Assembly: GCA_964613865.1 (NCBI GenBank)
Contig: CAZTJM010000002.1
Coordinates: forward strand, 4,132-68,131
Direction: 5' to 3'
DNA length: 64,000 bases
From: an uncultured Limnohabitans sp.
GTDB lineage: Bacteria > Bacteroidota > Bacteroidia > Cytophagales > Cyclobacteriaceae
A program made the translations under genes and the position numbers. Below, one piece after another: positions 40,031 through 48,731 of the stretch. Position 1 is the stretch's first letter. Each line of letters begins with the position of its first letter. Under the pieces are notes generated by a model, which made no database searches, was not told where the DNA came from, and saw only the letters and a list, made by a program, of their open reading frames with translations.

Positions 40031-40165
40031 GAGATGGAAGATCCGGAGGTCGGAAGTTCTAACCCGTCTTCCGCATCTACCATCTCGTATTTTCTCATGT
40101 CTATTGTCTTGTATCTAACTTCTTGACTTTTGATACTAGCACCTTGATATTAGCCTCTTGCTACT
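40031..40165. repeat. Degenerate heptamer tandem repeats between two permease genes
   Basis: 7-nt period from 40093: TCTCATG TCTATTG TCTTGTA TCTAACT TCTTGAC TTTTGAT ACTAGCA CCTTGAT ATTAGCC TCTTGCT ACT. It is preceded by purine-rich GGAGATG GAAGATC CGGAGGT CGGAAG. Confidence 0.65.
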
Positions 40166-42610
40166 TCACTCGTCCTTGAGCGTTTTGACAGGGTTCATCT
40201 GCGTAGCGCGATAGGATTGGGCTGAGATCACCGCAATGGTAAACGCAACTCCTCCTGTCGCCAAGATCAGGAAATTGACCCACGATGGCCATTCTTTTAC
40301 CGCAAACTGCTCCAGCCAACCTTGCATAAAGTACAAACTCAATGGCAAAGCGACAACCACTCCGATCAGCGTGATGACCAAAAACTCTTTGTTGAACATC
40401 CAAGAGATGCTCCAGCTGGAGGCTCCCAATACTTTTCTGATCCCGATCTCCTTGGTTCTCCCGGCTATACTCAAGGCCGCCATGGCAAACAAGCCCATCG
40501 CCGCAATCAGTATGGCTATGCAAGCAGCCAAGAAAACCATCTTGCCCAAACGCTCGTCGGCTACATATTGCTTTTGGACAGTTTCATCCAGGAAATTGTA
40601 GCTAAATGCTTCCATAGGAAAAACCCGCTCCCATTCGCTTTCCAACAAAGCCCTGAAAGCCTCAAAGTCGGTTCCTGCGCCTTTAACCATCACTTTTGGA
40701 TTGGTAGCAGAGTGGATCATCAGCATATTGATTCCACTGAAGATGACATCCGGGCTTTTGGCCAGAATGACCGGCTCGATCTCTCTATAGAGCGAATTAT
40801 GGTTAAAATCCTTCAGCACACCCACGATTTCATGGCTTTGGATTTTGTTGCTGGGCAGCATTTCTCCCAAGGGATCATCCCAGCCCATTGCCTTGGCGAA
40901 GGTCTCATTGATCAGTACCGCATTGCTGTCAGCCCCTACTTGCGGGTTCAGATCACGGCCTTGGGCAAGTTCCAACCCAAGAGTCTTCACATATTCCCCA
41001 CCGATAAAATTCAAACGAAAATCAAACTGTTTTTCATCCGGCGTCGGGAACCCACCGTCCCAAAATGAGTCATCTCCGTAAGTGGCAATAGTGATGCCGG
41101 CAGACAGAATTTCCGACCTGCCCATCAGTGCCTGTCGGTAAATCTCCGCCTGAGCAAAACTAGCGCTGATTGTCTTCCTGAAATTGGTGCCCGGGACATC
41201 CGGCACATCAACCAACACAATCATCTCCTGATCAAAGCCCAGATCATAATTGCGGATCGCATTCATCTGATGAACCATGATCAAGGTAGAGGCGATCAGC
41301 ATGAACGAAATGAAAAATTGAAAGACTACCAGTCCTTTGCGAAGTCCCTGCTTTCCAAATCGGATCGAAAGGTTGCCTTTCAGGACTTTTATTGGTCTCA
41401 GACTGGACATGAAAAATGCCGGATAAGCCCCTGCCATCGCGGTGATCGCCACAACCAATCCAAATAAAATCAGGATTTGCAAGGGTCCGTACACCAAGTC
41501 CAGCTTTTTGTCAAACAACTCGTTGAAAGTGGGAAGCAGCACTTCAGACAAGATCATTCCCAACACCAGCGCAGCAATGGTGATCAGAAATGCCTCGGTC
41601 AAAAACTGGAATACCAGCTGACCAAATTCCGCTCCCATGGTTTTGCGGACACCCACTTCCTTAGCCCGGGTGGTGGATCTCCCGATTGCCATCGTGGTGA
41701 AGTTGATACAGGCGATCAGCAAAATCAAAAAAGCAATCCCAGCCAATATCCAAAGCAAGGTTGGGCGGGTTGACTCGGCCATGCCGGAGTCGGGATTGTC
41801 TGTAAGATGTATCTCAGAGATGGGCTGGAGTGTGAACGAATACTCACCTTCTTTATAATCCTCGCCCAGCACTTTCTTCATCATGGCCTCCACCCCAGCT
41901 TCTATCGTTGCTTTGGATTGAGCATCATTGAGCTTAATGTAGGTATCTCCGTAGACATTAAACCATGACTCCTGATTTCTCTTCGCCACGCTGAAATCCA
42001 GGTTTGCATCGTTCACCAGCATCTCAAATTTAATACTGGAATTTGCAGGCAGGTCCTCCAGAAGTCCAGTGACCTGGTATTCCTCATAATTATCTCCCAT
42101 CTGTATCCGGATGGACTTTCCCATGGGATTTTCATCTCCAAAATACTTTTTGGCGGTCTCCTCTGTGATCACCGCGCCAAACTTGTCTTTCAAGGCTTGA
42201 TCCTTTTTCCCCTCAAGAAGCTTGAAGCTGAAAATCTCAAGAAAATCCGGACTCACTGTCAAGAACTGCTGCGTTTGCGTAGTCGACTCATCCAGGTAAG
42301 CCTGTGCTGAGCTGCCGATCAACCGGGTCGTATGGGTCACCTGCGGAAACTCCGCTGCAAAGGTAGGGGCTGTGATAATCGGAGTGGAGAAACTCGAAAT
42401 CATGCCTTCTTCCCCCTTTTCATGACGCTCTACCCTAAAAATCCGATCGCTGTTCTCATGAAAATTATCAAAGCTGATCTCAAACTGGACAAAAAAGAAA
42501 ATCAGGATGCTGACTCCCAATCCAAGTGACAGGCCTACCAAGTTGATCCCCGTATGAAGCTTGTGCTTCAGGAGGTTTCTAAAGGCTATTTTTAGATAGT
42601 TTTTTATCAT
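40166..42610 (-). CDS. MacB/FtsX-like ABC permease, paralogue 3
   Basis: MIKNYLKIAFRNL; INFTTMA..RAKEVGVRK and RTKEIGIRKVLGA. Confidence 0.93.
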   Translation of the reverse strand: MIKNYLKIAFRNLLKHKLHTGINLVGLSLGLGVSILIFFFVQFEISFDNFHENSDRIFRVERHEKGEEGMISSFSTPIITAPTFAAEFPQVTHTTRLIGSSAQAYLDESTTQTQQFLTVSPDFLEIFSFKLLEGKKDQALKDKFGAVITEETAKKYFGDENPMGKSIRIQMGDNYEEYQVTGLLEDLPANSSIKFEMLVNDANLDFSVAKRNQESWFNVYGDTYIKLNDAQSKATIEAGVEAMMKKVLGEDYKEGEYSFTLQPISEIHLTDNPDSGMAESTRPTLLWILAGIAFLILLIACINFTTMAIGRSTTRAKEVGVRKTMGAEFGQLVFQFLTEAFLITIAALVLGMILSEVLLPTFNELFDKKLDLVYGPLQILILFGLVVAITAMAGAYPAFFMSSLRPIKVLKGNLSIRFGKQGLRKGLVVFQFFISFMLIASTLIMVHQMNAIRNYDLGFDQEMIVLVDVPDVPGTNFRKTISASFAQAEIYRQALMGRSEILSAGITIATYGDDSFWDGGFPTPDEKQFDFRLNFIGGEYVKTLGLELAQGRDLNPQVGADSNAVLINETFAKAMGWDDPLGEMLPSNKIQSHEIVGVLKDFNHNSLYREIEPVILAKSPDVIFSGINMLMIHSATNPKVMVKGAGTDFEAFRALLESEWERVFPMEAFSYNFLDETVQKQYVADERLGKMVFLAACIAILIAAMGLFAMAALSIAGRTKEIGIRKVLGASSWSISWMFNKEFLVITLIGVVVALPLSLYFMQGWLEQFAVKEWPSWVNFLILATGGVAFTIAVISAQSYRATQMNPVKTLKDE

Positions 42611-42764
42611 ACGCTAGCTTTTTTACAAGTCGAGTAAAATCCCTCGGTGGAAACAAAGCCTCATTCCAATCCGAGGGCTAAGTTGGTTTGATTGCATTCA
42701 AATAAAGGGCTGGCAAAAACACGGTTGCTCGGGGCTTTTAGCCAAGTCTTGTTTTTCCAGATTC

Positions 42765-42854
42765 ATGCCATGAAAAATGGCCATTCCAGCAGAAATTGAG
42801 GCTTGATTCCAAAACTGGCTCGTATTTGCGAACAATATTGTTCGGCTACGCACA
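42765..42854 (-). promoter_or_regulatory. Conserved upstream module, copy B
   Basis: ATGCCA at 42765-42770, CGAACAATATTGTTCG at 42829-42844, then gctaCGCACA. Confidence 0.6.
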
Positions 42855-43003
42855 ATCTCACTTGATCGATAGCGGATAAATGATTTCGCCAAGTGGGAAA
42901 AAATAGCTGAATTTTCCCTAGGCAGCTTTACAGCATCGGCTGGGATCACCATTCCTTTTCAGTTGAAAACGGCTATATTGAAGCATAACCCAATTTGACC
43001 GCC

Positions 43004-44161
43004 ATGCTGACTTTTATCTCTTTTCCTTTCTTTTTTATGTGGGCTTTTGCCGCAAACCCATCATTTGAAGCTCAAGAAATCGACGCAGACATCTCCATCG
43101 GCTATGGGCTCGCCATAGGCGACGTGGACGGAGACGGAAAGGACGACATCCTGCTGGCGGACAAGAAACAAATCGTCTGGTATCGAAACGGCGATTGGAA
43201 AAAACATCTTATTGTCGAAAACCTCACTGAGTCAGACAATGTATGCATTGCCGCGAGTGATCTCGATGGGGACGGCAAAGTCGAGATCGCCGTCGGCGCC
43301 CAATGGAACCCTGGAGAGACTTCTGACACCACCAAGTCCGGTGCTGTTTTCTACCTCCTTCACCCCGACGACCATAATCCAAAATGGGAGGCTAAACCGC
43401 TACACCACGAACCAACGACACACCGCATGCGATGGGTAAAAACCGGAGGCAAATCTTACCTCGTTGTCGTCCCTCTCCACGGTAGAGGTAATTCCAACGG
43501 TGAAGGAGCTGGCGTGAAAGTCATCGCCTACGAGTACCCCAAAAATCCAGCAGCCGACTGGACCTACACCGTCATCGACGAATCCATGCACTTAACCCAC
43601 AATCTGGACATAGTCAGGGATGGCATGGGTGAATCCATCCTACTAGGGGGAAAAGAAGGAGTGAGGAAAATAGAAAACGTTGGCGGAACTTGGCAGCAGG
43701 AGCAAGTCTATTTGCCAGAAAACATGGGAGTCGGCGAGCTACGCCTTGGCAAAAGCAGCGGAGGAATGCATTTTTTGACAACCATCGAACCCATGCATGG
43801 TACTACACTGGCAGTTTATGAATCTTTGGATCAAAAACTCCAATCCCGCGGCCCGAAGCGGATTATCCTTCACTCCCAACTCAAGGATGGGCATTCCCTT
43901 GCGGCAGCAGATTTCCTCGGGCTTGGGTTTGATCAGATTGCCGTCGGTTGGAGACTGCCTAATGAGTCCGGAGAGTTGGGAGTGAAACTTTTTGTGCCAA
44001 AGGATGGCTCATTTTCGGAGTTTGAGGAGTTTTGGATAGACAAAGGCGGCATGGCCTGCGAAGATCTCCAGGCCGCTGACCTCAATGGAGACGGCAAGCC
44101 AGAGCTCATTGCCTCCGGCCGAGCAACCAAAAACATCAAGGTGTACTGGAACAAAAACTAA
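43004..44161 (+). CDS. Secreted FG-GAP/VCBS beta-propeller protein
   Basis: Signal peptide; repeats DVDGDGKDDI, DLDGDGKVEI and DLNGDGKPEL; His motifs THRMRW, HLTHN, EPMHG and DGHS. Confidence 0.8.
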   Translation: MLTFISFPFFFMWAFAANPSFEAQEIDADISIGYGLAIGDVDGDGKDDILLADKKQIVWYRNGDWKKHLIVENLTESDNVCIAASDLDGDGKVEIAVGAQWNPGETSDTTKSGAVFYLLHPDDHNPKWEAKPLHHEPTTHRMRWVKTGGKSYLVVVPLHGRGNSNGEGAGVKVIAYEYPKNPAADWTYTVIDESMHLTHNLDIVRDGMGESILLGGKEGVRKIENVGGTWQQEQVYLPENMGVGELRLGKSSGGMHFLTTIEPMHGTTLAVYESLDQKLQSRGPKRIILHSQLKDGHSLAAADFLGLGFDQIAVGWRLPNESGELGVKLFVPKDGSFSEFEEFWIDKGGMACEDLQAADLNGDGKPELIASGRATKNIKVYWNKN

Positions 44162-44533
44162 TCGAAACACCCGATTGATTTATTTCGGACGAAAAGTGTA
44201 CGCTCCCGAACGCCTGCCGTCTTGGCTTGAAATCGCTCCGATAATTTTCTGGGAATTTTCAAGATTAAACTTTCTTAACAAGCCAAACTTGGCGCAACCC
44301 AGGATTGCGGCAAATTCTTCGAAAAGTGTCCGCTTTCAGAGCAATCGGACAGCACAATGACCGAGTATTATACAGGTTTGGTTAAAATCGGATAAATTTT
44401 TCAGAATGAAATTCCGCATACTTTTCAAAAAGTTAAAAAATATCACGTAACCCGAAATTTATTCCCTTCCTCATTTTTCGATTGGTACGGGCTTCGCAAA
44501 GAGACAAGCATAACTCTAAACCAACAAACGATT

Positions 44534-45121
44534 ATGAAATCCCTATTCACGGTAGCACTAGCAAGCGCATTGTCTTTTGGCGCATTCTCAACTCAAGCAA
44601 GCGACGACTTAAAAGAACTTTCCGCTGTCAACACCAGCTACAAAAAAGTAAACGTCATGCTGAAAGAGGGCGTTGGCGCAGCAAAAATCTCCGTACTCAC
44701 TCCCGAAGGCAAGCTGCTCAGCAGCCGAAAGGTCAATGTGCAGGACGAAAATCTGGTCGTTCCTTACAATCTGACTAATCTGCCGGCCGGTGAATATCAG
44801 GTAAGGATCGTCACCAATGAAGAGGAGATTCGCTACACCGTAGAGACTATGGATCAACCAATTCCGGCTTCAGAATTGCCGCTGATGGCATACGGGAAAA
44901 GTCTGGATGACAACACAGTAAGACTGGCGGTGGTCGGCCTATTGGAGCCAGGTGTCCAGGTAGAAATCTTCGCTTCTGAGACAGGAAAATTGATCCACGA
45001 AGAACAGATCGACCAGCCAGAAGGATTTACCAAAAACTTTTCCTTCGCTGGAGTTCAGTCAGACGAAGTTTACATGAAAGTGACAGATGTCAAAGGAAGA
45101 ACAAAGACGCTGTTTTTCTAA
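44534..45121 (+). CDS. Secreted hypothetical protein with two short beta-sandwich-like repeats
   Basis: Signal peptide MKSLFTVALASALSFGAFSTQA; two similar units (KISVLTPEGKLLSS..PYNLTNLPAGEY and VEIFASETGKLIHEE..KNFSF). Confidence 0.75.
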   Translation: MKSLFTVALASALSFGAFSTQASDDLKELSAVNTSYKKVNVMLKEGVGAAKISVLTPEGKLLSSRKVNVQDENLVVPYNLTNLPAGEYQVRIVTNEEEIRYTVETMDQPIPASELPLMAYGKSLDDNTVRLAVVGLLEPGVQVEIFASETGKLIHEEQIDQPEGFTKNFSFAGVQSDEVYMKVTDVKGRTKTLFF

Positions 45122-45147
45122 TCCCCATAACTAAACCAACACTCATC

Positions 45148-45177
45148 AAGCCCTGCTCCTCGGATCAGGGCTTTTTT
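45148..45177 (+). terminator. Intrinsic terminator
   Basis: AAGCCCTG-CTCCTCGGAT-CAGGGCTT-TTTT. Confidence 0.75.
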
Positions 45178-45181
45178 GTTG

Positions 45182-45826
45182 CTAGACGGTCTTGATTCGT
45201 GCTGGATCCAATTTCCTCCTCCTACTCACCAGCCAAAAAGCCACCAGAATATTCGGAACCCAGCACAGCCAAGCGACAATCCGGTAGGCAGGCAGAAATT
45301 CTCCCCCATGCAATGCAATCAGAATCGGGAGCCAGATTCTCAGCGTCACCGCTGCAAAAGCAGCTGAGTAGCTGAAAATCATACAGTCTTCGTGCGCTCC
45401 GTAATCGTGCCTTTTGGCAGTAAGCCAGCCCATCATCGTCGTGCAAAACCAAATGACCCCCAAGCTCACAAAACCCAAAAGTGTTACCATTCCTCCGGTC
45501 GCAAACAGCCCAAGATAGATACCCGCCAGGCTGCTGAAGAAGACGGCAGTTACATACGCCATCCCAATTCGTTTGTGAAGCTTTCGTCTCCTGTCCCGAA
45601 GACCTTTGTCAAATTGAACCCAGCCAATCAGCAAGGCAATGCCTCCACACAGAATGTGCATATAGAAGGCGATGTTCCATATCGGATCAAGCAGCAGCTC
45701 TTCCGGTTTGGATTGGAGCAGCCCAATCACACGATCTGCCCTGAAGTAAATGGCAGGATAAATCCCTATAAAAATGGCAGATATGGCAAAAATCCACCAT
45801 GCAATTTTTTTAGTGGCTGCGCTCAC
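45182..45826 (-). CDS. DUF2306-type membrane protein
   Basis: FYMHILCGGIAL, HKRIG..Y, H..CMIFSYS..FAAVTLR and WLCWVPN motifs; about 6 TM segments. Confidence 0.8.
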   Translation of the reverse strand: MSAATKKIAWWIFAISAIFIGIYPAIYFRADRVIGLLQSKPEELLLDPIWNIAFYMHILCGGIALLIGWVQFDKGLRDRRRKLHKRIGMAYVTAVFFSSLAGIYLGLFATGGMVTLLGFVSLGVIWFCTTMMGWLTAKRHDYGAHEDCMIFSYSAAFAAVTLRIWLPILIALHGGEFLPAYRIVAWLCWVPNILVAFWLVSRRRKLDPARIKTV

Positions 45827-46047
45827 AGAAAATCGGTTTTGTGATAAAAGGAACGAGAGTGAAATTTAAGCTTTTCCCACGATCTAATCCTCCAGCTAGC
45901 CTGGATTGAATCAGTATGACAAGTGGAAAAAATCAATCTACGCCGAAAAAAGCTCATTTCACCGGGCGATGTTCTCTCCACTGCAAAATGGAAATGCCCC
46001 GACCAGAAGCTGCCCGGGCATTGAAAATTCGTTTTGAATCAAACTAC

Positions 46048-48468
46048 CTACTCGTCCTTCAAACTGTCTACCGGATTGGCCAGCGCTGCTCGGATAGCCT
46101 TGGACCCGACGGTTAGCAAGGTCAGTAGCAAGGAAGCCAGCATCACCAGCACGAAGAGTCCGATAGAAATCTGCGTCTGGTAGGCAAAAGTCGCCAACCA
46201 CTCCTTCATCATGTAATAGGCCAGAGGAATGGCAAAGCCAAGGGCCAGCAGCACCATGATCAAAAACTCGCGGGAAAGCATAAACGTGATCTGGGAAACA
46301 GAGGCCCCCAAGACCTTCCTGATGCCAATTTCCTTTATCTTCTGGCCTATCATGAAAGAGACCAGCCCGTAGAGACCGATACAGGAAATCAGGATAGCCA
46401 AGCCTGCAAAGATTTTATAAACCAAGGCCAGCTTCTGCTCAGACTCGTAAAATTCCGCGATGGATTCGTCAAGAAACTGGGCCGTAAAGATCTGTTCTGG
46501 ATAATGCGTCTCGAAGGTTTCCTGGATAGCATCGAGAGTAGATTTGTTGGCTGAGCGATCCAGCTTCACAGCTACCTGTCGGTAAATGGGCTTGGCGCTG
46601 AAGATCAGCAACTGTTTCATCTCCTCACGCAGGGAATTCACCGCAAAATCCTTGACCACGCCACTGATCGGCACCCAATTGCCTCTCCCTCCTACTCGGA
46701 TTAGTTTGCCCACAGCTTCTTCGGGACTGGAAATCAGCAGCTTTTTTGCCATCGTCTCATTGATCACCATAGACCTTAGCGTATCGCTGGCCGGATAGCC
46801 AGTACCCGCGACAAATTCCATCTCATAGAGATCAAAATAGTCCTCGTCGGCGATCTTCAGAAAAGCCGGAAACGGGATGTCTTCGGTGTTTTGGTCAAAG
46901 TAAAAATTTGTCGCTGAGTTGTTGTCCGAGGAGGGGGTATCGGACGCCTTAGACGCAGCAATCACTCCAGGAATGCGCAGCAGTTCCTGCTTGAAGGTTT
47001 CCATGCGGTTGGTCTCCCTGGTATCAGACGGCACATCCATGTAGTAGATCGCTTCTTTGTTAAATCCCAAGTCAGTCTCCTGTACCAAATTCATTTGTCG
47101 AACAGCGATCAGCGTGCCGATCATCAGGATCTGCGCTATCGCACATTGCAAAACCACTAGCCCTCTGCGGATTGGAACTCCCCCGAGTTCAGCGCCGTGA
47201 AACTTGTTTTTCAACGCGGGGATAGGACGAAATCTGGAGACCACCAGAGCTGGATAAAAACCGGAAAGCAGGGTAAGTCCGATCACCAAGGCCAACACGA
47301 AGCCGATGATCGACGGTTGAAAAAAGCTCACTGCTGCAGGTACGTTTGCAATCTTGTCGAGATAAGGCAAAAGCAGGTTGGCCAGCAGCAAAGCGAGTGC
47401 GGAGGAAATGATCACCGACAGGAAGGTCTCCCCAAGGGATTGGAATACGATCTGCCACTTGGAGCTACCCATGACCTTCCGAACCCCTATTTCCTTGCTT
47501 TTGCCGATTGCCTGGGACGTGGTGAGGTTCACAAAATTGATCGAGGCCATCACCAGGATGAAAATCCCAACTAGAATCAGCGTCTGGATAGTCGACTTAC
47601 GAACCAGTCTTCCACTCAGCGGCTCGAGATCCGAACCAAAGTGGATGTCGGCCAATGGCTGCATCAGATGCGATTTGACGCTGTTGCTTCTTCCCTCGAA
47701 GTGCTTTTTCGAAAAGGCATTCAGCTGCTCCTGGGCCGAAACCATATCCGTATTGGGATTGGTCAGCACATATACCTGAAAATTGCTGCTGGTGCTTCCC
47801 CACTCGCTGAGATCAAAATCAAACTCCTCTTGATGGGAACGAACCGTCTCATAGGCAATCATCATGTCAAAGTCAAAGTTGCTGTTGTCCGGAGTATTTT
47901 CCACCACTGCACCCACTTCCAGCTTGACGCCATTTGTTAATTCCATGCTTTTTCCCAAAGCATTTTCCCAGCTGCCAAAAAACCTGTCCCCCTCAGCCCT
48001 TGACAGCACCACTTTGCCTGGCTCGTCCAAAACTGCAGCGCTACCGCTAAGAAACTCTAAATCGAAGAGATCCGGGTATTCCGAGTTGGAGTAGTAGAGG
48101 TGTTCTGTTTTGTACTTCTCCAGGCTTTCGCTTTCCCCGTTCTGGTGCACATTGATTTGCACTTCTGAGTTGACGATCACCGGCACCACCTTGTCAAAAG
48201 CCAACTTTTCGCTCATCAATGCGTCGGGAAAAGGATTGGCGACCCCCGGTGTGTATTCAAGTCCATCTTCGATCTTGTCCTGGGTATAGATTCGGTAGAC
48301 GAGGTTATAGTTGGATTGAAACTTGTCGTAGCTCAGCTCATAGGCTACTATGACAAAAAGCAAATGCGCCGCTGTGATTCCGACAGTAAGTCCAAAAATA
48401 TTGATGATGCCAACCGATTTGCGTCGGACTAGGCCTCTCCAGGCAATTTTAAAGTAGTTTTTCAACAT
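46048..48468 (-). CDS. MacB/FtsX-like ABC permease, paralogue 4
   Basis: MLKNYFKIAWRGL at 48468; INFVNLTT..KEIGVRK and KEIGIRKVLGA. Confidence 0.93.
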   Translation of the reverse strand: MLKNYFKIAWRGLVRRKSVGIINIFGLTVGITAAHLLFVIVAYELSYDKFQSNYNLVYRIYTQDKIEDGLEYTPGVANPFPDALMSEKLAFDKVVPVIVNSEVQINVHQNGESESLEKYKTEHLYYSNSEYPDLFDLEFLSGSAAVLDEPGKVVLSRAEGDRFFGSWENALGKSMELTNGVKLEVGAVVENTPDNSNFDFDMMIAYETVRSHQEEFDFDLSEWGSTSSNFQVYVLTNPNTDMVSAQEQLNAFSKKHFEGRSNSVKSHLMQPLADIHFGSDLEPLSGRLVRKSTIQTLILVGIFILVMASINFVNLTTSQAIGKSKEIGVRKVMGSSKWQIVFQSLGETFLSVIISSALALLLANLLLPYLDKIANVPAAVSFFQPSIIGFVLALVIGLTLLSGFYPALVVSRFRPIPALKNKFHGAELGGVPIRRGLVVLQCAIAQILMIGTLIAVRQMNLVQETDLGFNKEAIYYMDVPSDTRETNRMETFKQELLRIPGVIAASKASDTPSSDNNSATNFYFDQNTEDIPFPAFLKIADEDYFDLYEMEFVAGTGYPASDTLRSMVINETMAKKLLISSPEEAVGKLIRVGGRGNWVPISGVVKDFAVNSLREEMKQLLIFSAKPIYRQVAVKLDRSANKSTLDAIQETFETHYPEQIFTAQFLDESIAEFYESEQKLALVYKIFAGLAILISCIGLYGLVSFMIGQKIKEIGIRKVLGASVSQITFMLSREFLIMVLLALGFAIPLAYYMMKEWLATFAYQTQISIGLFVLVMLASLLLTLLTVGSKAIRAALANPVDSLKDE

Positions 48469-48511
48469 GGCGATGGATCTGGGATTTAGGGAGACTTGAA
48501 TCTTAAAAAAT

Positions 48512-48603
48512 ATGCCAATGAAATAGCCGTAGAACACGCGCCAAAAGGCCCTTATCTCCCATTACCCAAAAAACAAACGGACACTTTCGTCCGCCAGTGG
48601 GCA
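48512..48603 (-). promoter_or_regulatory. Conserved upstream module, copy C
   Basis: ATGCCA at 48512-48517, CGGACACTTTCGTCCG at 48578-48593, then ccagTGGGCA. Confidence 0.55.
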
Positions 48604-48731
48604 AAATCAGGGTAGCTGGCGTCAATGGTGCTCCAAATATTTAAACTCCACTTGGAATCGTTGGCAGTGTCAATTACTTAAGGACGCTTTTTGTAACTTA
48701 GTGGCAACTGAACCAACAAACCCAAATAACG

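Noticed and set aside
37616-41068. Long plus-strand ORFs (260 aa at 37616, 193 aa at 39113, 248 aa at 40322)
   Set aside because: Antisense shadows of well-supported permease genes, with no recognisable motifs. The same applies to most short ORFs in the track.
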